Shown here piece after piece: positions 54,627-60,987 of a DNA stretch of 60,987 nucleotides; position 1 is the first letter of the stretch; each line of letters begins with the position of its first letter. The notes beneath the pieces were generated by a model. The model ran no database searches and was not told the DNA's origin. It saw only the letters and a program-made list of their open reading frames with translations. The DNA is taken from assembly GCF_001194135.2 (NCBI RefSeq), contig NC_069001.1, positions 2,597,844-2,658,830 on the forward strand. The letters are read 5' to 3'. The position numbers and the translations under genes were made by a program. The DNA is from Octopus bimaculoides (taxonomy: Eukaryota).

Positions 54627-55010
54627 CAAGGCAGTGAGCTGGCAGAATTGTTAGCACACTGAATGAAATAGTTACCAGCCTCTCTCCCATCTTTATGTTC
54701 TGAATTCGAAAATTCCATCAAAGCAGACTTTGCCTTTCATTCTTTCAGGGTCAATAGAATAGGTACCAGTTAACAACTGGGGGGTGGTCAATGTAATCCA
54801 CTAGCTCCCCCCCACCCAGAATTTCAGACCATGTGCTTATAACAGAAAGGATGGTGGATCAAGGGAATTGTTAGAGCATCAGGCCAGCAATTTTGGGATA
54901 GCTGGTAACTCAGTTACATCAACCTCCAGTTCGCAACTGGTACTTTATTTTATCAACCCTGAAAAGATGGAAGGCAAAGCTGACCTTGACAGAATTTGAA
55001 ATTGTCCCCT
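54627..55010. mobile_element. Tail-to-tail family B SINE pair (plus 54627-54850, minus about 54880-55010)
   Basis: GACTTTGCCTTTCATTCTTTCAGGGTCAATAGAATAGGTACCAGTT (about 54727-54772) is the inverted match of AACTGGTACTTTATTTTATCAACCCTGAAAAGATGGAAGGCAAAG (about 54936-54980). Confidence 0.8.
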
Positions 55011-55602
55011 TAAACATTATTCTGCCTTCTTTGTTATTGTTGATCTCCAAAGAAATCATCATCATCACCACCATTATCATCATCATCTTGATCGTGTCTG
55101 TTTTGTTTTCCAAGATCTTTCATTTAACAAAGATAATCACCACAAGTCACCCAACCACCCACCCACCCACTCCACTTATCACAAGACACAACCTGAGGCT
55201 AATTCTCTGCGTATGTAAAACTATGAGCATGTCTGCAGTCGGGTGGTTTGTCTCTGTGTGTGTGTGTACGACGGTCTGCACTTATTAGTCTAAACGAATG
55301 CGTATGCATGCCTATGTGCACACACGTGCGCATGTGTGAGCGTGGGGTGGGGTGTGCCTGCAAGGACATGCTTACAGTTTTAGTTACTTTGTACACTTCC
55401 TGCTGCCCCTCCCACCACCACCACCATGCCTTGAATAACTTATTCTAATTAATACATTAATTAGTTGGCATGGCAACAAAAATGATGAGTGAATAAAGTA
55501 AAAATACTAGAAAAACCAACCATAAGATAATGGTTTGTACCCCATCTCTCCCACCACACACACAATATGTATGTGTATATTTTATTATTTTTATTATTAT
55601 TA

Positions 55603-55658
<56 letters not shown>

Positions 55659-57294
55659 CAGAAGTTAGAGTGACTCAAGGGCCAACAATAATGAAAGCAT
55701 ACATATGTACTCTTTTATTTCTTTCAGTCATTTATAAATACACACAAGACACTTTCCATCCTGCAGACCGACTCACAAGGTACTGGTCAGCCTGGGGCTA
55801 CATGCAGCTTGTAATTAGAAGACACTTGCCCAAGGTGCCACATGGTGGGACTGAACCCAAAGTCATTTGGTTTTAAAGTGAGCTTCTTAACCACACAGCC
55901 ATGCTTGTACCTAACNNNNNNNNNNNNNNNNNNNNNNNNNNNNNNNNNNNNNNNNNNNNNNNNNNNNNNNNNNNNNNNNNNNNNNNNNNNNNNNNNNNNN
56001 NNNNNNNNNNNNNNNNNNNNNNNNNNNNNNNNNNNNNNNNNNNNNNNNNNNNNNNNNNNNNNNNNNNNNNNNNNNNNNNNNNNNNNNNNNNNNNNNNNNN
56101 NNNNNNNNNNNNNNNNNNNNNNNNNNNNNNNNNNNNNNNNNNNNNNNNNNNNNNNNNNNNNNNNNNNNNCTATATAGAAATACGGTAAGCAAAAGATTAA
56201 AGAAATGCAGATGGAATGAATTACCATGAAATGTAGGTCCTCTTTTTCATCTGAATCTGTTCGCTATTGACAAACGGATGAGAAGCATTTCAAAACCCTG
56301 ACAATTCCCAAATTCCATTTCCAATGAACAACAGCAGGAAATACAGACAGGAGATGACAAAAATGTGTTGTATGTGGAGTGTGAGAGTCTGTAGATGTGT
56401 GTGTGTGTGTGTGTACATGTGTGGCACGTGTATACGTATGTGTGTGCCTGTGCATGCATGAGCCTGTGTGTATGTGCCTCTATGCGTGTCAACATGTATG
56501 TATGTATGTTTGCTGTCACACTACTGTTTGTTGTAATGGTGGAGTGGTGTCGAAGAAAAAGGGGAAACAAAAGGTGAAAGATGATGATGTTGATGATGAT
56601 GATGATCATAAAGGTGATGATGACTATGATGATGGTAATGATGATCATAAAGATGATGATGATACTGTTGATTATGACCCCCCCCCCAAAAAAAAAAACA
56701 GGAAACAAGACTGAAAGAAGAATCTAGAGAAAAATTATTCTAATCTCTAAACTGAAGAACGTTTTTGAAAAACTGGCACAATAAAAAACTAAATAATTAA
56801 GCAAATAACAAAAGAAGGAAATTAGTTTTTCTCCTTAACATAACTTCTCTCCTAACATACACACACACTCATACATCCACACGCACACACACCAATACAT
56901 CATATCTTATTATGATTGTATTACAGGAATGAAAGACAAAAGATAGCTGGGATTAATTCTTTAATCTCTGGTATAAAGGAAGAGGAAGAAAGATTGTGAA
57001 CGGAAAAAAAAGAAATCATCGTTATCATCATCATTATTATAATTCTAACTTTTCCTGCCTGCATGAATTCGTTGAGGCTGATTTTCTGCAGTTGGATGCC
57101 CTTCCTGTTGCTAACCTTCACCTGTTTCCATGCAAGGTAATATTTCCCCTCCAAGGCTAGACAGGGTTTTTCACAGAATATCATTGAAATTGAATGACAC
57201 TGCTTGTACAACAGTGACATTCATCTTACAACCATCACCCAGAGTCGAGACAACAAGACACACACACATGTATATATGTAATATGGGGTAATTT

Positions 57295-57710
57295 GAATTT
57301 CTGTCTACCAAATCCACTCAGAGGGTTTCGGTCAGCCCAGGGTTATAGTAGAAGACACAGACACTTGCCTAAGGTGCCACACAGTGGGACTGAACAAGGT
57401 CCATGGAGTCAAAACAAAAAACTTTGACTCCGACTCCTCTACTATTGGCACCTCTGACTCCGACTCTCTTTTATATAATTGAGTGATTGTGGTCTACATA
57501 TTTCATAAAGCACACGCTTGTACTTTGAGTCGGCCTATCTGTTATAACTGGTTTATATTAAAGAAGAAAGACACTGTGAGTCGGAATCAGAGTTGATATA
57601 GTTTCACTTACTCCAGCTACTCCTTAACTGTTTCTGACTCCACAGCCCTGGACTGAACAAGGAACTACATGGTTGAGAAGCAGACTTCTTACCACACAGC
57701 CATGCCTGAA
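57295..57710 (-). mobile_element. SINE family A head interrupted by the hAT MITE
   Basis: TCTGTCTACCAAATCCACTCA...GTGGGACTGAAC [MITE] GACTGAAC...CTTCTTACCACACAGCCATGCCTG. Confidence 0.85.
57396..57650. mobile_element. hAT-type MITE (255 bp) nested inside a SINE
   Basis: Right TIR GACTCCACAGCCCTG (57636-57650); left end AAGGTCCATGGAGTC matches its reverse complement 11/15. 8-bp TSD GACTGAAC at 57388-57395 and 57651-57658, internal GACTCCGACTC subterminal repeats. The host SINE resumes exactly after the TSD. Confidence 0.85.
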
Positions 57711-58883
57711 CCTATAAATGTGTGTGTGTGTGATGATGACAATTGTGGTGTTAGTAATGATGGCGGTGGTGTTCATGACAATACTGATGAGGACAGGCAA
57801 TAGTAATGGGTGAGGTGATGGTGGTGGTGGTGGTGGTGATGTGGTGAGAAGGTGACAACTTGACACATTTCACACATTTATGAACAGCAAATAGTTTTAA
57901 CATTTACAATTCACAACACACACACACACACACACTATATAAATATATGTGTATGTGTGTGTGTGTGTATACACACACACACACACACACACACACCTTC
58001 CTAACCTACACAAACACACAGACAAGGTGTAAATGGGAGTAAGAGGAAAAACAAAAGGAATGTCAACAAATCTTTAACAGGTCTGACCTTTCTTCCATCA
58101 CACACACACACACACACAAAGACAAATGGTTCTTTTAAGTATAATGGTGGTGGTGGTGGTGGGGGAGGTCAGTTCTAGTGTCAATGATGATGCTGGTGCT
58201 GATGATATGGTAGGCCCCCAGTTCAACACATGGTGGTGGTGATGGAGGCTCGTTGTGGCGTTGGTCGGAGGGGGGGGGGTCAACAGTAAGGCTTGTACTG
58301 GTAGTGGTGGTGGCAGTGGAGGGTCCGTGTGTACTGGCTGTAGTGGAGACAGTGATAAGGACATTGGTCAGTCGTATCGTATCGGCTGTAACTGCAGTAA
58401 TAATTTGCCAAAATTTGAAACCATTATTATTATGCTGGAAGGCAGCAAGTTGGTACCATTATTGGTAATTACGTTTTGAGTTCAAATTCTGATGAGGTCA
58501 ACTCTGTCTCTCATCTTCTTGGGGGTCAATAAAATAAGTACCAGTTACGTACTGGGGTTGATGTAATTGACGAATCCCAAACCCTACTCCCCCACTTCAC
58601 CAAAAAAAAAAACTGCTGGGTTGGTGATAGCAAAAAGCATCCGGCCATAGAAAATCTGCCTCAATAAACTCTGTCCAACCCATGCCAGCATGGAAAAGCG
58701 GACGTTAAAACAACGACGATAATGATAAGCAACAAAAAGTACAATATGTTCCCCACACCACGTGAAGAGGACACTGGTCCACTGCAGGGTTAATTCTTTG
58801 GCTGTAGCTGGGGCTCGTTTTTAGTCAAGTGGACTAGAATGCTGTTTTGCTGAAGAGCACAATTCACAGTTCAGTCTGGAGAT

Positions 58884-59040
58884 TGAAACCAAGACCACAA
58901 GGCTTAAACATGCATGCATACACTCATACCATCAGAACCTGAGGTTAATAGCACACGGCATTATTTGCTATCTTTTTAACAACAGTTCATCTCAGACATT
59001 TAATATTTTGATAAAGTTTAAAAATGAAATAAAATTAGAA
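58884..59040. repeat. Direct repeat copy 1 flanking the IMP3 exon (downstream-intron side)
   Basis: TGAAACCAAGACCAC...GAAATAAAATTAGAA matches 59473-59628 at about 90% (about 16 differences counted by eye), offset 588-589 bp. Confidence 0.95.
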
Positions 59041-59102
59041 ACACAAAAATGTTTAAGAAATGATAAATAAAACTAAGAAAATTAAAAATTAAAAGAACTC
59101 AC

Positions 59103-59210
59103 AGTTTTTCTAATAATCTGGATGTTGCTTCTGCACGATACCTGTCTTTCGGATCAAGTTCCTTGATTTTCTTTGCCAGCTCTCGGATGTCACGCGATAA
59201 ACCTTTATAC
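59103..59210 (-). CDS. IMP3: Internal coding exon of U3 small nucleolar ribonucleoprotein IMP3 (N-terminal/S4-proximal helical region); partial gene
   Basis: Minus strand reads tatttatcag|G TAT AAA GGT...GAA AAA CT|gtgagt: AG acceptor at 59212-59211, GT donor at 59102-59101, 108 nt, phase 2 at both ends, no stops. The peptide YKGLSRDIRELAKKIKELDPKDRYRAEATSRLLEK(L) aligns without gaps to human IMP3 as recalled ([36 protein letters not shown]; 16/36 identical, most others conservative). It is absent from the ORF track because it has no ATG. Confidence 0.9.
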
Positions 59211-59472
59211 CTGATAAATAAATTTGAAGCAACATGAGAGATGTTAAGAAATTACAGACGAAAATAAATTACATGTTAACCGGTCGGTTGTACCGTGTTG
59301 TCTAACAACTATGCACTGAACTATGTGAATTAAGTGCCAATGCACACGATATGGCAAACACGCCGAATGAAATTAACTCTTTCGTTTTACTGAATTTGTG
59401 GTGAAATGCACTGTCTTTATGTTTTATCCTTTTACTGGTTTCAGTCATTGGATAGCAGCCATACTGGGGCAC

Positions 59473-59628
59473 TGAAACCAAAACCACGAGGTCAAACATA
59501 CATGCATACACTCACACCGTCTGAACTTGAAGTTAACAGCACATGATATTATTTGCTATCTTTTTAACAACAGTTCATCTCAGACATTTAATATTTTGAT
59601 AAAGTTTGAAAATGAAATAAAATTAGAA
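59473..59628. repeat. Direct repeat copy 2 flanking the IMP3 exon (upstream-intron side)
   Basis: Matches 58884-59040; the last 81 bp (59548-59628 vs 58960-59040) differ at one base only. Confidence 0.95.
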
Positions 59629-59949
59629 GAGTGTAGTGAAACAAATGGACTCCAGTACAAGTTTAAAAAAAATTAAATCTGTTACCTATCCTATCAATTT
59701 CTTTTGCCTAACTGCTAAGTGGAAAGTGTAAACAAACCTACACAGGCTGTCAAGCAATAGTAGGGGTGGGGACACAGACAAACACACACATATCTCTCAG
59801 TTATCAGGCATTTTTTCCACAGAATAATGACATTCATTTACAAGTGGTCAGGTAACCATCCATGTACGTACCTCCTCTACAGCAAAACACCTGCTTCTGT
59901 TTCATCTGGCACAAGACCACCTCCTCCTCAAATGCCCCTCCCCCCTCTC

Positions 59950-60230
59950 AAAGATTCCTTGTCATGCAAGTTACTTGGTGACTCTGCCAGTGCTGGTGCC
60001 ATGTAAAAAAACATCCAGTCCACACTGTAAAGTGGTTGGCATTTGGAAGGGCATCCAGCTGTAAACTAACCCTCACCTGTTTTTCCAAGTGGTTGGTGTT
60101 AGGAAGGGCATCCAGCTGTAGAAACTCTGCCAAATCAGATTGGAGCCTGGTGCAGCCTTCTGGCTTGCCAGTCCTCAGCCAAACCGTCCAACCCATGCCA
60201 GCATGGAAAACGGACGTTAAATGATGATGA
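59950..60230 (+). mobile_element. RTE-tailed element (family C) with an internal duplication and a short inverted insert
   Basis: AAGTGGTTGG...GGGCATCCAGCTGTA occurs twice (60030-60063, 60087-60120); ends GGACGTTAAATGATGATGAT. Other family C copies lie at about 2860-3030 +, 12810-12950 -, 13815-13900 -, 14872-14970 +, 23600-23900 -, 32140-32300 -, 42625-42727 -, 44712-44900 -, 57040-57260 - and 58615-58725 +. Confidence 0.85.
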
Positions 60231-60926
60231 TATATGCATGTGTGTGTGTGTGTATGTGTGTGTGTGTAGATATACACACACACATTAACTAATGCAATAT
60301 ATATACACATCATTCTTTCTTCGTTCCTGTTTACAATAAAACATAATCCGTTTCTATCAGTCTCCAAGTTATTATCTTTGTAGCATAACAACAACAATAA
60401 TAATGATGATGATTAAAAAAAACAGACAATAATAACAAAAACAGCAATATTATTAATCTTAACAACAACAACAACATCCGACTAATCCGTCTCGTGTTTC
60501 TCTGGGTCTCCTCTCAGTTATTTCAAATATATTTATCTTTCATTAATTTCCATTACCAAAATCTCTTGGAATATTCGGTTTCAGGTGTCGACATTTGTGG
60601 AAACAAGTGTTGCACCATTCCGCAACAAGTCCTCCTTCTTCTTCTTCCTCCAGGTGCTCACTGCTAGATAATGTTCCTCTTTCTCCTTTCTTGCCCCCCA
60701 CCTCGAAGCTTTTTAAAGAATATTTTTCCCCAAGATAACAACAACACCTACAGAAAAACTACAACAACAACTTCCACCACCACCAGCAGCAACAACTCCC
60801 ACATCTCCTCCTCCTCCTCTCTGACTGCTGGCAAGAATCACTTTTATATGGAGGTGTTGTTGGACAATGTTAATTTCACATTTTCTTGTTTGCATCACTG
60901 TGTATATATGTATTAATTTTATATTA

Positions 60927-60987
<61 letters not shown>

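Noticed and set aside
56170-56195. Plus-strand donor-like ACG|GTAAGC just after a gap
   Set aside because: Any exon would lie in N sequence and cannot be evaluated.
58960-59040. Possible C/D-box snoRNA in the conserved half of the IMP3-flanking repeat
   Set aside because: There is only a degenerate C-like GAGATGA, and the candidate D box (CTGA) is mutated in the other copy and lies outside the conserved half. Not called; left as a test.

Overview
Animal, repeat-saturated, essentially non-coding DNA, most likely an octopus draft-assembly scaffold. The taxon is inferred from the SINE/RTE families and the extreme (CA/TA/GA/AAT/GAT)n density. About 6.3 kb (roughly 10%) is N in 19 gaps, and almost every ORF in the supplied track is a microsatellite or gap artefact. 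I can support only one host coding exon: a 108-nt minus-strand exon of IMP3 (U3 snoRNP protein) at 59103-59210 with canonical splice sites. No other IMP3 exon was recognisable in the called sequence. The exon is bracketed by a 157-bp direct repeat whose two halves have diverged very unequally. The rest is tRNA-derived SINEs (three or four families), RTE-clade LINE 3' fragments and RTE-tailed elements, hAT/piggyBac/mariner MITEs (several with intact TIRs and TSDs), an old tandem duplication, and a 105-bp antisense 18S rRNA fragment inserted into a SINE. Assembly artefacts are also visible: an Illumina adapter and duplications across gaps. I found no CRISPR array, tRNA gene, operon or other multi-gene system and do not claim a new biological system. 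The best leads are the repeat-bracketed IMP3 exon, the captured 18S fragment, a 24-bp-stem hairpin, and apparent microsatellite-targeted retroposition. All family assignments are by eye and from memory; no searches were run.
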